From contig JBBILD010000005.1 of NCBI GenBank assembly GCA_037445065.1, forward strand, positions 128,001 through 192,000: a stretch of DNA of 64,000 nt, in the 5' to 3' direction. The notes below the pieces were generated by a model that saw only the letters and a list, made by a program, of their open reading frames with translations, did no database searches and was not told the DNA's origin. The stretch comes from Myxococcales bacterium (GTDB lineage Bacteria; Desulfobacterota; Binatia; HRBIN30). How positions within the stretch are numbered: position 1 is the stretch's first letter; each line of letters opens with the position of its first letter. The translations under genes and the position numbers were made by a program. Below are positions 1 to 9,927 of this stretch, piece after piece.

Positions 1-1806
1 TAAATTCGGGTCGGCCTTTAAGGAGAGACCTTCCTTGACGTCCCAAATCACGCGGCGTTCCGGCTCGTTTTCGTGCAGGCTTGCCAGCACCCGCGCGCAC
101 AGGGCGGTAAAGTCCACCGTGCGGCGGCGCAGCGGCCGGGAGCGTACGCGGGCCAGCCCGAGCAGATCTTGTAGCAAGCGGTCCAAATGCGCGGCATTCT
201 CCCGCGCTGAGCGCGCGTAGTGGCGGGCCTGCTCGGGCAGGGTCTCGCCACAGCGCAAAAAGAGTAGTTCGCAAAAGGCAACTACGCGACGGACGGGTGC
301 GCGGATGTCGTGCGCCAAGGAGTGCGTAAACGACTCGAGTTCGCGCACCGCTTCCTCCAGGTCGCGCGTTCGGTCGCGGACCATCTGTTCGAGACCACGG
401 TTCAGTTCTTCCAGCGCTGCCTCCGCCTCGTGCCGCCGGGTGATGTCAACGACCGCCCCGACGTACCCCTGATCCTTTCCACCTGAGTCCGCCACTGGCG
501 CAAGCTGCAAGGACAGCCAAATCGGAGCACCATCGCTTCGCACCACCCGCAACTCGGTTTGGAAGGGACGCTCCCGGCCGCAGCGGTGCCATTCCTCGAC
601 CAGCCGGCCGAGTTCCCCGCCCGGCAAAAACTCCTGCCAGCCGTAACCGAGCAGTCGCTCGCGTGGCAGTTTCATCATGGCACACAAGTGGTCGTTCACG
701 TACGTACACTCGCCTCGGCGCGTGACCTGCATGATGCCCACCGGGGCAACCTCCGCGAGCAAGCGGTAGCGTGCCTCAGCCGCTCGCCGTTCCTTTTGCG
801 CACGCACTTCTCGTTCCTGGGCCTCGATCCGTTCGAGTCCGACGTTGAGGTTCGTGGCCAGTTCTTGCAACAAGCCGGTTGCTTCCCGGTCGAACGCTCC
901 CGGTTCTGAGGCGTACACGGCGAGCACCCCCTGAAAGCCCCCCTTTGTTTTGAGGGGAAGCGCCACAACGGACCGGTAACCATGCGCGAGGGCTGGCCGC
1001 ACCCATGGGCGAAACGCCGGATCGGTCACCACGTCCTCCACCACTTGCGGTCGGCGCTCTCGCAGCGCCCGACCGGCCGGTCCTTGGCTCAAAATCGCAT
1101 CGTCGGTGGAAACGGTAATCTCCTGCAAATAACTCAGAGCGTGGCCCGCCCAAGCCACAGGCTTTACCGGGGCGCCCGGCCCGCCTTGCGGCACACCAAT
1201 CCACGCAAACCGGTAGCCAGTGCGCTCCACGATCACCTCGCAAACCTGGCGCAAGAGCTCCTCGCGCCGCCGGGCTCTACCCACCACCCGGTTGCAATCG
1301 CTCAGCGCACGCAGCGCCTGGTTCTGCCGGCGCAGCGCGACTTCCAGGCGGTGGCGCTTGAGCGCGTACGAGAGGCTGCGCTGCAAGCGGTCAGGGTCGC
1401 CCTGCCCCTTGCTGATGTAGTCCTGCGCACCCAGGGAAACCAAGCTGGCCGCGAAAGCCTCATCGCCGATTGCGGTCAGCACAACCACCGGTGACGAAAT
1501 GGCTCGCCGCAGTTCGGTCAGGGTGTGGGCTCCTTCGGAGTCCGGGAGCCCCAGATCTAACACCACCGCATCGAACGAATCCTGCGCCAGTGCAGCCAGA
1601 GCTTCTTGCAGCGAGCCAACCAGCGTCGCCTGGAATTCTGGGGCCCCTTCGAACGCAGGCTGCGCGAGCCAACGCTGCACGAGGCGCGCGTAGACCGGAT
1701 CGTCTTCGACGATGAGCACGCGGACTGGCAGCGCTTCCGCTCCCACCGCGGGCTCCAGCGAAGGAATGCGCGCGCCAGCCGGAGGTACGATGTACGACTC
1801 GTCCAT
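1..1806 (-). CDS. Hybrid sensor histidine kinase (REC-GAF-PAS-HisKA), 3' end runs off the window
   Basis: Not in the ORF track because the frame runs off the edge. Manual translation from ATG 1806 (GAGAAGG RBS): VLIVEDD...DAVVLDLGLPD...QDYISK receiver; GAF (FAWIG...GPAGRA...SVVALPL); PAS (RYRLLAEVAPVGI...YVND...VDIT); H-box SFTHSLAHDIRAP. Confidence 0.88.
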   Translation of the reverse strand, partial: MDESYIVPPAGARIPSLEPAVGAEALPVRVLIVEDDPVYARLVQRWLAQPAFEGAPEFQATLVGSLQEALAALAQDSFDAVVLDLGLPDSEGAHTLTELRRAISSPVVVLTAIGDEAFAASLVSLGAQDYISKGQGDPDRLQRSLSYALKRHRLEVALRRQNQALRALSDCNRVVGRARRREELLRQVCEVIVERTGYRFAWIGVPQGGPGAPVKPVAWAGHALSYLQEITVSTDDAILSQGPAGRALRERRPQVVEDVVTDPAFRPWVRPALAHGYRSVVALPLKTKGGFQGVLAVYASEPGAFDREATGLLQELATNLNVGLERIEAQEREVRAQKERRAAEARYRLLAEVAPVGIMQVTRRGECTYVNDHLCAMMKLPRERLLGYGWQEFLPGGELGRLVEEWHRCGRERPFQTELRVVRSDGAPIWLSLQLAPVADSGGKDQGYVGAVVDITRRHEAEAALEELNRGLEQMVRDRTRDLEEAVRELESFTHSLAHDIRAPVRRVVAFCELLFLRCGETLPEQARHYARSARENAAHLDRLLQDLLGLARVRSRPLRRRTVDFTALCARVLASLHENEPERRVIWDVKEGLSLKADPNL

Positions 1807-2006
1807 GGTTCCTTCTCGCACCGGAGCAACGGGACAGATCCGGTCCCTCGCCATGAGAACACGCACCGTGCCTGCACTCAATCGAAATCTGCACGCTCAG
1901 GTTTCGCCCTTGAGGAAGCACACCACGCTCCGAGAGCTGCAGGCGCACCGACTCCCCGCATATGCCACAGCTCAGCGTTTGACGTGACTGCTCGGCTTTC
2001 CTTCCG

Positions 2007-2822
2007 CTAGCGCAGCTTCCATTGCAGGCGTCTGCCCGAGGCAAACGCCTTCTGGCCTTCTTCCAGCGCCTGCCGATCCGTGCCGAGTCCGATCAGCGCG
2101 TACCCCATTGCGAGGGCTTGCGAGCGCGACAACTCCCGCGCCGTCCACAGTGCCCGTACGGTGGCTTCGATCGCGCGGGCCGGGGCACTGGCGATGGCTT
2201 TCGCGGCCCAGCCCGCGGCAGCACGAAGCTCTGCCAGCGGCACCACCTCGGAGACTAAGCCGATCTCGTACGCCCGTCGCGCGGACAGGCGTTCGTGGTT
2301 TCCCAACAAGCTCAAGCGCATGATTTCATGGAAGGGCATCTTCTGCAGCATGTGCATGGGCTCGAAGACGGCGGCCATGCCGTAGGAAACATGCGGGTCG
2401 AAAAAGGTCGCGTGCTCCGCAGCGATGATGAACTCGACCTCCCCCAAAAGGTAAAAAGCGCCGCCACACGCCATCCCGTTCACGGCTGCAATCACTGGCT
2501 TCCACAGGTCGCAGGTCTTAGGACCGATGAGCGCGGCCGGATCGTCGAACATGAAGGGCGACGATGCTGCTCCAACCGGCACTGCCGCCCGATCGCGGCC
2601 TTCCCCCAATACCTCGTCGCGATCGATGCCCGTACAGAACGCCTTGTCCCCCGCACCAGTCAGCACCACGCAACGCACCTCCGGGCGGCGGCGCAACGCG
2701 CGCCACAGCTCGTGCAACTCGAGCTGCATCTTGGCGTTGAATGCGTTCAACCGTTGCGGCCGGTTCAAGGTGACCCAGGCAACGCCTTCATCCTCCTCGT
2801 ACAGCAAGGTCTCGAACTGCAT
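2007..2822 (-). CDS. Enoyl-CoA hydratase/isomerase (crotonase) family protein
   Basis: VTLNRPQRLNAF, LTGAGDKAFCTGID, KPVIAAVNGMACGG. Confidence 0.92.
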   Translation of the reverse strand: MQFETLLYEEDEGVAWVTLNRPQRLNAFNAKMQLELHELWRALRRRPEVRCVVLTGAGDKAFCTGIDRDEVLGEGRDRAAVPVGAASSPFMFDDPAALIGPKTCDLWKPVIAAVNGMACGGAFYLLGEVEFIIAAEHATFFDPHVSYGMAAVFEPMHMLQKMPFHEIMRLSLLGNHERLSARRAYEIGLVSEVVPLAELRAAAGWAAKAIASAPARAIEATVRALWTARELSRSQALAMGYALIGLGTDRQALEEGQKAFASGRRLQWKLR

Positions 2823-2837
2823 CGCTGCTACGCTCCT

Positions 2838-4283
2838 TCAACTCGCTACAGTGGCCGGTTTTCGTTGCACCCAAGGCTGGGCTTCCTCGAGCTGGGCTGC
2901 AACCGCAAACAGCAGATCTTCTCTGCCGTACGCAGCCACCAACTGAACACCGATCGGAAGGTTCTCATCCGTCCAAGTCATCGGCACCGAGGCTGCGGGT
3001 TGCCCAGTGACGTTAAAGGGCGCGGTGAACGCCACCATTGGGACGCTGCGCAAAAACGCTCGCATCGGCTCCTCCGGGGTGGCGCGCACCTCCCCCAATC
3101 GCGGTGGGGGCTGTGCCATCGTAGGAGTGAGCAGAAGATCGAACCCGCTTTGCCACCACGCCGCTACTCGCCGGGAAAAGCCCTGCAACCAGGCATGTGC
3201 CCGCAGCCACTGCACCGCGGACACCTCTCGTCCGGCCTGAGCCAACTGCCAGGTATGGATTTCGAGGTCCTGAGCCTCGATCGGAGAGCCCACCTCCTGC
3301 TCCCAGTGCTCGAGTTCCCAAGCCAAGGAGGCCATCACGATGGTGCCGTAATGCTGCTGCAGCTCACCCTCCGCGAGTGCAGCCGGGAACGCTTCCTCGA
3401 CTCGGTGGCCGAGTCCTTCGAGCAAGCGGGCGGCCTGCTCCGCCGCTTGCTTGCACTCGGGAGTCACTGTGGTCCAACCCGAAGGAACATGGAGCAAAAG
3501 CCCGATGCGGAGCGACCGCGGCCGCTGGCGCACGGCCTCGGTAAACGACACTGGGGGCGGCGGCGCGACGCAGGGATCTCCGGGCATCGCCCCTCCGATC
3601 CAGTCGAGCATCGCGGCGGAGTCGCGCACCGAGCGGGTCAGAACGTGCTCGGCAACGGCGCCGTCCCACAAGTCACCGAATTGGGGTCCCAGCGACACCC
3701 TCCCGCGCGAGGGCTTGAGTCCGAACAGCCCTGTCGCACTGGCCGGAATGCGAATGGACCCGCCACCGTCGTTACCATGTGCCATGGGAACCAAGCGAGC
3801 CGCGACCGCTGCCGCCGAGCCTCCACTCGAGCCACCGGGAGAGTACGCGAGGTTCCATGGGTTGTGCGTCGGCCCGTAGACCTCGGGTTCGGTGGTCGGA
3901 ACCGGACCAAACTCGGGAACGTTCGTACGGCCTAAGAAGATGAGTCCGGCCGAGCGAAATTTTTGCGCGAGGTACGTGTCGGCCTTGGCGCGGTAGTCGC
4001 GCTTCTTCAGAAAGCGCGAGCCAGCGTGAAAAGGATCGCCCGCAGTCTGGCAAATCAGGTCCTTGACCAGGAACGGAACCCCGGCAAATGGGCCACTTGG
4101 GAGCGGGCCCGTCGCAGCAGCGCGGGCCTGCTCAAACAGAGGAATGACCACCGCGTTCAATTCCGGGTTGAGGCGTTCAATGGCTGCAATCGCGTGCTCG
4201 ACGAGTTCGCGCGGACTCACCACCCGGCGCCGTACCGCCTCCGCTAGTGCCGTCGCATCTGCTTCGGTCCAGTCAACATGCAT
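2838..4283 (-). CDS. Amidase-signature family amidase
   Basis: GVPFLVKD, PGGSSGGSAAAVAA, NDGGGSIRIPAS catalytic signature. Confidence 0.95.
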   Translation of the reverse strand: MHVDWTEADATALAEAVRRRVVSPRELVEHAIAAIERLNPELNAVVIPLFEQARAAATGPLPSGPFAGVPFLVKDLICQTAGDPFHAGSRFLKKRDYRAKADTYLAQKFRSAGLIFLGRTNVPEFGPVPTTEPEVYGPTHNPWNLAYSPGGSSGGSAAAVAARLVPMAHGNDGGGSIRIPASATGLFGLKPSRGRVSLGPQFGDLWDGAVAEHVLTRSVRDSAAMLDWIGGAMPGDPCVAPPPPVSFTEAVRQRPRSLRIGLLLHVPSGWTTVTPECKQAAEQAARLLEGLGHRVEEAFPAALAEGELQQHYGTIVMASLAWELEHWEQEVGSPIEAQDLEIHTWQLAQAGREVSAVQWLRAHAWLQGFSRRVAAWWQSGFDLLLTPTMAQPPPRLGEVRATPEEPMRAFLRSVPMVAFTAPFNVTGQPAASVPMTWTDENLPIGVQLVAAYGREDLLFAVAAQLEEAQPWVQRKPATVAS

Positions 4284-4413
4284 AAGCTCGCTGCTTACGC
4301 TCAGCCAAATCTCGAGTCCAGAGTGGGTTGACTCACGCCTTTGGCTTGCGTCCTCGGACCAGGCCGAGTAGAAGCGGAGGCTTCACAGAATTGTCAAAGA
4401 AAGGTGCTCGGGA

Positions 4414-7400
4414 ATGAGGACGTTGCGGCCGCTTTTCGTTGCGTTTCTTGCTGGGGCAGGCATTTGGCTTGCCGGCTGCGGTTCGGATGGCGAGCCGCCA
4501 GCGACCGCATCTGGGTTGCGAGTTGCCATTCTGAGCCCCGCGAACGGCGCAACCATTACGGATTTCTCGTTCGGCGTCGAGTTGGACGTATCACAGCCGA
4601 GCTCGGCCAGCGGAGCCGTGTTGCAGGTCGAAGCGCTCCTCAACGGGGTGCCGCTCCCTCTGCAGGGCGGGCCGAGTGGCTACCGTACTCGGGTGAACCC
4701 AGGTCCGCCGCTGCGCGATGAGAACCGGCTGGTGGTCACCGTGACCGCCGGTGGTGCGAGCGCCCGGGCACAAGCGGACTTCTCGTACCTTCCTCCAAAA
4801 GCCGTAGCGCGCAGAATCACGGATGAGCGGGATTTGCTCCGCGGCCCGCTCGCCCACGGTCGCGTCGGCGATTATCTGCTTGCCAACACCGTGGCGCGAT
4901 TCGTGATTCAAGACGCGCCGCAGCGTGACCTTTACAGCGTCGGCACCTTTGGCGGTAACATCATTGACGCGGAACTGGTCGAGCGCCCTGGAACGGACAA
5001 TTTCCTCGAGTTGCAACCGGCGGTGAACATCGAGACCGTAATCAACGCCCAGACCGTTGAGATCGTAAACGACGGGCAGGATGGCACGCCGGCCATCATT
5101 CGCACGTGTGGGCCGGACGATCTGCTCGACTTCGTCAACCCTTCCACGATTATCCGCGACGCCGGCCTTGCCTTCCCCGCGGCTGCCGACGATGCCGACT
5201 ACGAAGTCGAAGGGTGCACCGACTACATCCTCGAGCCGGGCAAGCCCTATGTGCAGGTTGTGACGACGATCTTCAACAACGAAGATCGCGACCTCGGGCT
5301 GTTCGTGGGTGACTACATCAATGGTTCCGGGGAACTGGAGCAGTGGACCAGTTCGGGCGCAGGCTTGGGCGAAATTCTCACCGCCAACTTAGGGGTGCTG
5401 AGTTACATCGGGTTCGGCCAAGCCCAAGGTGTGGACTACGGCTTCATCCCACTTCCCGTACCGGGCATCGAAGACGGGCGCTCGAGTTTCTTTACCGCCT
5501 CTGGGGTATCTTACATCATGCAAAGCAACTCGATCGTACGCGTCTTGCTCGGTTCACCGGCCACCTTTGTCGTCCCGGCGCGCGGCTCGCGCTCTTACAC
5601 GCGTTACTTCTCCGTAGGGAACGGAAGCGGCGGCAATGCCGTAGCGGTGGAAAACGAGGTCAAAGGCTTCGATACAGGCACGCTGCGCGGATGCGTTCTG
5701 GCGGGTGGCCGCGGGCTCCCGGGAAGCCGTGTCAGCGTCTTGCGCGCCAACGCCGTCGTCGCACCCTACGTCACCGGCGAGGACGGCTGCTTCGAGGGCT
5801 CCCTGCCACCAGGCGCGTATCGGGTGGTGGCGGCGCGGCGGGGATTCCTGTACGAGGGGGCTGGCACTTCCCCCGAGGCCAAGGAGGTTTCGATTACCGC
5901 TGGCAGCACAGCCGAGGTGCGCTTCGAGCTGCCATCCTCCGGGCGCGTGCGGGTGCAAGTCAGCGAATCCCTCGCTAGTGCCGGCCAAACCTCGCGCCCG
6001 ATCCCGGCTCGGGTCAGCGTCGTCGGTTTCGACCCAAGCCCTGAGCCCATCATTGTTCTCAATTCGATCGCGGGCCGCATCTCGACGGGAACCTTCGAGG
6101 ACGTCACCAAAGACGTCGTCCCCTTTGGCATCGTCTGGCTCGATTACACCGACGCGCAGGGACGCCTCGAGTTCGACCTCGAACCAGGCGAATACGAACT
6201 GTTCGTGTCGCGCGGCACCGAGTACTCGCTCTTCCGCCAGCGCATCGTCGTGGAAGCAGGCAGCACTGTGGACGTGTCCGCCACCATTGCGCGCGTACTG
6301 GACACCAGCGGTTTCATTTCCTCTGACTTCCACGTGCACACCATCAACAGCGCCGATTCCCGTGTGAATCTGCGCGACCGCGCCATACAATTCGCAGGCG
6401 AGGGGGTGGACAATGTGATTTTGACCGACCACCACTTCCACACCGACTTGCGTCCTGTCATCGAACAGCTCGGCCTGGGTCCGTTCTTGCAGACCACGAT
6501 CGGGGAGGAGATCACCACATGGGACTACGGCCACTTCAACGCTTACCCGCTGCGGATCGACTCCAGCCGCCCATCCAATGGCTCTACCGATTGGGCGGTG
6601 GCGGCGCCGCCGGGGCGTGACTTCCCCCGTTTTGGCTCCTTCTCGCTTTCTCCGGCGGACCTCGAACGCCTCGCAAAAGAGGGCCCGACGAGCACGCCGG
6701 ATACCACTGTGCAGATCAACCACATTGACAGCTTCTTTGCGCCGTTGCGTATCGACACTTCGCTCGTGCCGCCACAAACCTTTTTGACCCCAGAGCAGCG
6801 TCTGGCCTTCCGACTCGACCCCAACGGCGGCAACCTTTTCCACCACTTCAGAGCCCTCGAGCTCTGGAACGGCTCCAACCGCACGCACCAGAGCCAATTC
6901 CTCGATCAGCGCATCGGAATCTGGATGAATCACTTGAACCAGGGCATGAAGACAACGTTCATTGCCGACACCGACACCCACGAGTTTCGCAACCTGAACA
7001 CCGCTGGTGCGCGCACCTGGACCGCTTCCTCTACGGACGATCCGACGCAAATCGAACCTGGCGAGGTCGCCCGTTCCGTGGACGCCGGCCGGGCTGTGGG
7101 CGGGCAGGGAATTTACGTGCAGGCACGGCTGCGCGCCCTCGACGGGTCGGAACGTGTGGCCGATTTCACCCTGAACGGCAGCACCGAAGTGCGGAGCGAT
7201 GCCGGGGTGGAACTCGAGGTTGTGGTCCAGGCACCGGTGTGGGCGGAGTACGATCGCATCGAGATTTACGCGAACGCGGTGACCGTACCGGCGCTGCGCG
7301 TGGACAATGTACCGGTCCTGTTCACCGCAATACCGACCCGCAGCCTGGACCTCGGTGCGGATTTCGAGCGATCCCTGGTCACGGTGGACCCGACTGTTCC

Positions 7401-7674
7401 CGGAGCGCAGCGTTGGGAGACACAGGTGCGCATTCCTTTTCCGGACCTGCGCGAGGACACTTGGTTCGTCGTCGTCGTGAAGGGGCGGGATGGGGTTTCG
7501 CGTCCCATGTTCCCCGTCTTCCCGCAGAGTCTGCGCGCGGACACCAACCGTACGCTCGCAGATCTACTCGACGGCAACCTCGGCGAGAGCGGCACAATGG
7601 CCTTGGGGGCTACCAACGCCCTGTACGCAGATGTCAATGGGCGCCCCGGGTTCCAAGCCCCACTGGCTCCCTAA
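4414..7674 (+). CDS. Large lipoprotein, CehA/McbA-type PHP metallohydrolase with Ig/carboxypeptidase-regulatory-like domains
   Basis: Lipobox LAGC; GRVGDYLLAN N-terminal module; PHP metal motifs SDFHVH, LTDH, GEE, GHFN, INH, DTDTH. Confidence 0.8.
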   Translation: MRTLRPLFVAFLAGAGIWLAGCGSDGEPPATASGLRVAILSPANGATITDFSFGVELDVSQPSSASGAVLQVEALLNGVPLPLQGGPSGYRTRVNPGPPLRDENRLVVTVTAGGASARAQADFSYLPPKAVARRITDERDLLRGPLAHGRVGDYLLANTVARFVIQDAPQRDLYSVGTFGGNIIDAELVERPGTDNFLELQPAVNIETVINAQTVEIVNDGQDGTPAIIRTCGPDDLLDFVNPSTIIRDAGLAFPAAADDADYEVEGCTDYILEPGKPYVQVVTTIFNNEDRDLGLFVGDYINGSGELEQWTSSGAGLGEILTANLGVLSYIGFGQAQGVDYGFIPLPVPGIEDGRSSFFTASGVSYIMQSNSIVRVLLGSPATFVVPARGSRSYTRYFSVGNGSGGNAVAVENEVKGFDTGTLRGCVLAGGRGLPGSRVSVLRANAVVAPYVTGEDGCFEGSLPPGAYRVVAARRGFLYEGAGTSPEAKEVSITAGSTAEVRFELPSSGRVRVQVSESLASAGQTSRPIPARVSVVGFDPSPEPIIVLNSIAGRISTGTFEDVTKDVVPFGIVWLDYTDAQGRLEFDLEPGEYELFVSRGTEYSLFRQRIVVEAGSTVDVSATIARVLDTSGFISSDFHVHTINSADSRVNLRDRAIQFAGEGVDNVILTDHHFHTDLRPVIEQLGLGPFLQTTIGEEITTWDYGHFNAYPLRIDSSRPSNGSTDWAVAAPPGRDFPRFGSFSLSPADLERLAKEGPTSTPDTTVQINHIDSFFAPLRIDTSLVPPQTFLTPEQRLAFRLDPNGGNLFHHFRALELWNGSNRTHQSQFLDQRIGIWMNHLNQGMKTTFIADTDTHEFRNLNTAGARTWTASSTDDPTQIEPGEVARSVDAGRAVGGQGIYVQARLRALDGSERVADFTLNGSTEVRSDAGVELEVVVQAPVWAEYDRIEIYANAVTVPALRVDNVPVLFTAIPTRSLDLGADFERSLVTVDPTVPGAQRWETQVRIPFPDLREDTWFVVVVKGRDGVSRPMFPVFPQSLRADTNRTLADLLDGNLGESGTMALGATNALYADVNGRPGFQAPLAP

Positions 7675-7687
7675 GCCCCATCGTCGA

Positions 7688-8974
7688 GTGCGCAGCGCGC
7701 TGGGGGCAACGCGTGTGCTGGCGGGGGCCTTTTTGCTCGCCGCCCTCGGTGCCGTGGGCGCTTGCCAGCGGGAGGCAGCGCCGGCAGTTCGTGCTCGCGG
7801 CGATGCGGGCTTGCTTCTCAGCACCCTGCCGGCTGCCACGGCCTTAGTCGAGGCGCGCGTGGAACGGGTCGCCCGCATTGACCGCCACGGTTACCGGGCC
7901 AGTGCCCGCGTTCAGCGATCCCTGAAAGGGCCCTTCGAGCCGGGAACCCCGCTGGAAATCGCCTGGGAAGAGCTAGCTGTGGAGCGCGCCCCGCGTTTCG
8001 CGTCGGGTGAGACGGTTGTGGTCGCCCTGACCCCCTTGCCCACCACTTCGCTGTGGTTCCATCGCTTTCCCCCACAGTTGCGCAGCGAGCGGACGCTTGC
8101 CGTTGCAGGCGGCGGCGACGCCTTTGCGGCGGATCTTTCAGCTGACGATCTGGAGCGACTGGGGGAGTTCGCTCGCCTTGCTGCAGATCAGCCCTACTCC
8201 CTCTCTGCCGCCATTGCTCTCCTCCGCTTCTGGGACTCCCGCAACGAACAACTTGCGCGCGCCGCCTTGGCTTTGCTCGACCAAGACTGGAGCGAACCAA
8301 TCGCTTCTGCACCCGCGTTTATCGAGGCCTGTGCTCAGGCGCTGGCGCGACCCAAGCCGCTCTGGTTGGGGAGCGCCATTCTCGAGTGGGCGGCAAGGCG
8401 ACAGGTGCGAGGTTTGATCCCGGTGTTGGATCGCATCGCTCGTGCGCACACGCCTTTGGCCCCGCACGCGATTCTGGCTGCGCGCCGACTCGGGCATCCG
8501 CTACCGGAGGAGCTACTCGAGCCCTGGCTCAGCCATCCCGACGGCGCGGTACGGGCCAGTGCAACCCGTGCGCTGGACGGCCCGAATGCCGCCGCCAGGC
8601 TCGCACGCCTAGCTGGAGACGACCCTGACCCGACAGCCCGTGCCGCTGCCCTAACCCGGCTCCGCGAACTTGCCGGCAATGAGGCCTTCCCGACTCTGGC
8701 GGCGGGGCTCACCGATCCCGAGGCGAGCGTGCGGCTGGCCGCTGCCCAGCAGTTGTCCGTACTCGGGGAAACAGTTCGCCAGCATTTGGAGGAGTTCGCA
8801 CTCGCACAATCAGGTGATGCTGCGCTCGCTGCAGTGGCTGCCTTTGAAGGCATGGGGGCAGCAGGTCACCCCGCGCTCGTGCGCCTAGCCAAAGAGCACC
8901 CCGACCCGCGCGTTCGCGCTCTCGCGGAGATCGCGGCCCGCAAGTCGCAAGGTGAACATGGCAGCAAGCCATGA
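7688..8974 (+). CDS. HEAT-repeat lipoprotein
   Basis: Lipobox-like VGAC; repeated DPDPxVRxxAxxAL HEAT units; start placed at GTG 7688 after the upstream stop. Confidence 0.7.
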   Translation: MRSALGATRVLAGAFLLAALGAVGACQREAAPAVRARGDAGLLLSTLPAATALVEARVERVARIDRHGYRASARVQRSLKGPFEPGTPLEIAWEELAVERAPRFASGETVVVALTPLPTTSLWFHRFPPQLRSERTLAVAGGGDAFAADLSADDLERLGEFARLAADQPYSLSAAIALLRFWDSRNEQLARAALALLDQDWSEPIASAPAFIEACAQALARPKPLWLGSAILEWAARRQVRGLIPVLDRIARAHTPLAPHAILAARRLGHPLPEELLEPWLSHPDGAVRASATRALDGPNAAARLARLAGDDPDPTARAAALTRLRELAGNEAFPTLAAGLTDPEASVRLAAAQQLSVLGETVRQHLEEFALAQSGDAALAAVAAFEGMGAAGHPALVRLAKEHPDPRVRALAEIAARKSQGEHGSKP

Positions 8975-8987
8975 CTCGTGGCCAGAA

Positions 8988-9024
8988 AAGTCATTGACTT
9001 CGATTTCCTGTTTCCATAGGAAAC
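8988..9024 (+). promoter_or_regulatory. Putative tetR promoter with two palindromic operator candidates
   Basis: AAGTCA-T-TGACTT perfect palindrome containing a TTGACT -35; GTTTCC-ATA-GGAAAC palindrome over the expected -10. Confidence 0.5.
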
Positions 9025-9033
9025 CATGGGCCA

Positions 9034-9693
9034 ATGACGAGCCAGCACGTGCCTGCCTCCAACTCTGAGATTCTCGCTACACGGGAGAAAATTCTCCAAG
9101 CTGCAGCCCGTTTGTTCGCACAGCAAGGGTACGAGGCGACCTCGCTAGCGCAGGTGGCGCGGGAGGCGAGGGTGAGCAAGGCCCTGATCTTTTGGCACTT
9201 CGACAGCAAAGAAAAACTCTACCGCACGGCCCTGCGGCGCACTCTGGAGCCGTACTTCATTGACACCGAGGAAATTGCCGGTCTTGACGAGCCGAGCCAG
9301 ATTGCCCGCTTAATCGACTCTTTCTACAGGTTTGTGAACGACAATGTTTATTCGGTGCGCTTTTTCATGGGGCTCATGCTGCGCGCCGAACAACGGGCAC
9401 ACGGGTCCGGAGCAAATTTGCCGGAAGAAGACGACGTGCGCCGCGTCAGCGAACTCTACCGCGCCTTCCGCCAGTCCTTCGCCGAAATCCTGGAGCAAGG
9501 GAAGGCACGCGGCTTGTTCGTGCCGGAAATCGAGCCGCAGCGGGAAGCCGCGCTGATTCTCGTCACGCTGGCTGGGGTGCTGGTACAGCAGTTCATGTTG
9601 GGAGAATCAGCGGAACAGGCAAAGGAACTGATCGAATTTTATAAAAGTACTTTGTTTGCGCGGCTCATGCGCGCGAGAGGCCAGCAAGGCTGA
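9034..9693 (+). CDS. TetR/AcrR family transcriptional regulator
   Basis: TREKILQAAARLFAQQGYEATSLAQVAREARVSKALIFWHFDSKEKL HTH. Confidence 0.95.
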   Translation: MTSQHVPASNSEILATREKILQAAARLFAQQGYEATSLAQVAREARVSKALIFWHFDSKEKLYRTALRRTLEPYFIDTEEIAGLDEPSQIARLIDSFYRFVNDNVYSVRFFMGLMLRAEQRAHGSGANLPEEDDVRRVSELYRAFRQSFAEILEQGKARGLFVPEIEPQREAALILVTLAGVLVQQFMLGESAEQAKELIEFYKSTLFARLMRARGQQG

Positions 9694-9927
9694 CCACCCC
9701 GCGGGGCGCTACAGACTCGTAGCGCCCCGCCCGATCTTCTCGGCCGCATCCGCCCCTCCCGCAGGAGCCCCACTCCACCACGACCACGCACCGTTGGCTC
9801 CCGATCTGCTCCTCCGTGCGGCGATAGCCCACGCATTCGTCGCTGGATGTCGGCTCTCACGCCGCGCGTCCGCCGCATGCTGATCCCTACCCTCAAGGGT
9901 GTTTTCGGCACCCCGCCCGGAACCGAA

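Noticed and set aside
1807..2006. c-di-GMP-I riboswitch upstream of the kinase
   Set aside because: No GGCAAACC/GCAAAGC core or recognisable paired arms.
2295..3935. Long antisense ORFs (also 5554-7050, 11026-12585, 18036-19760, 50859-52907 and the 5' part of 32803-34770)
   Set aside because: Shadow frames of real GC-rich genes with no recognisable motifs.
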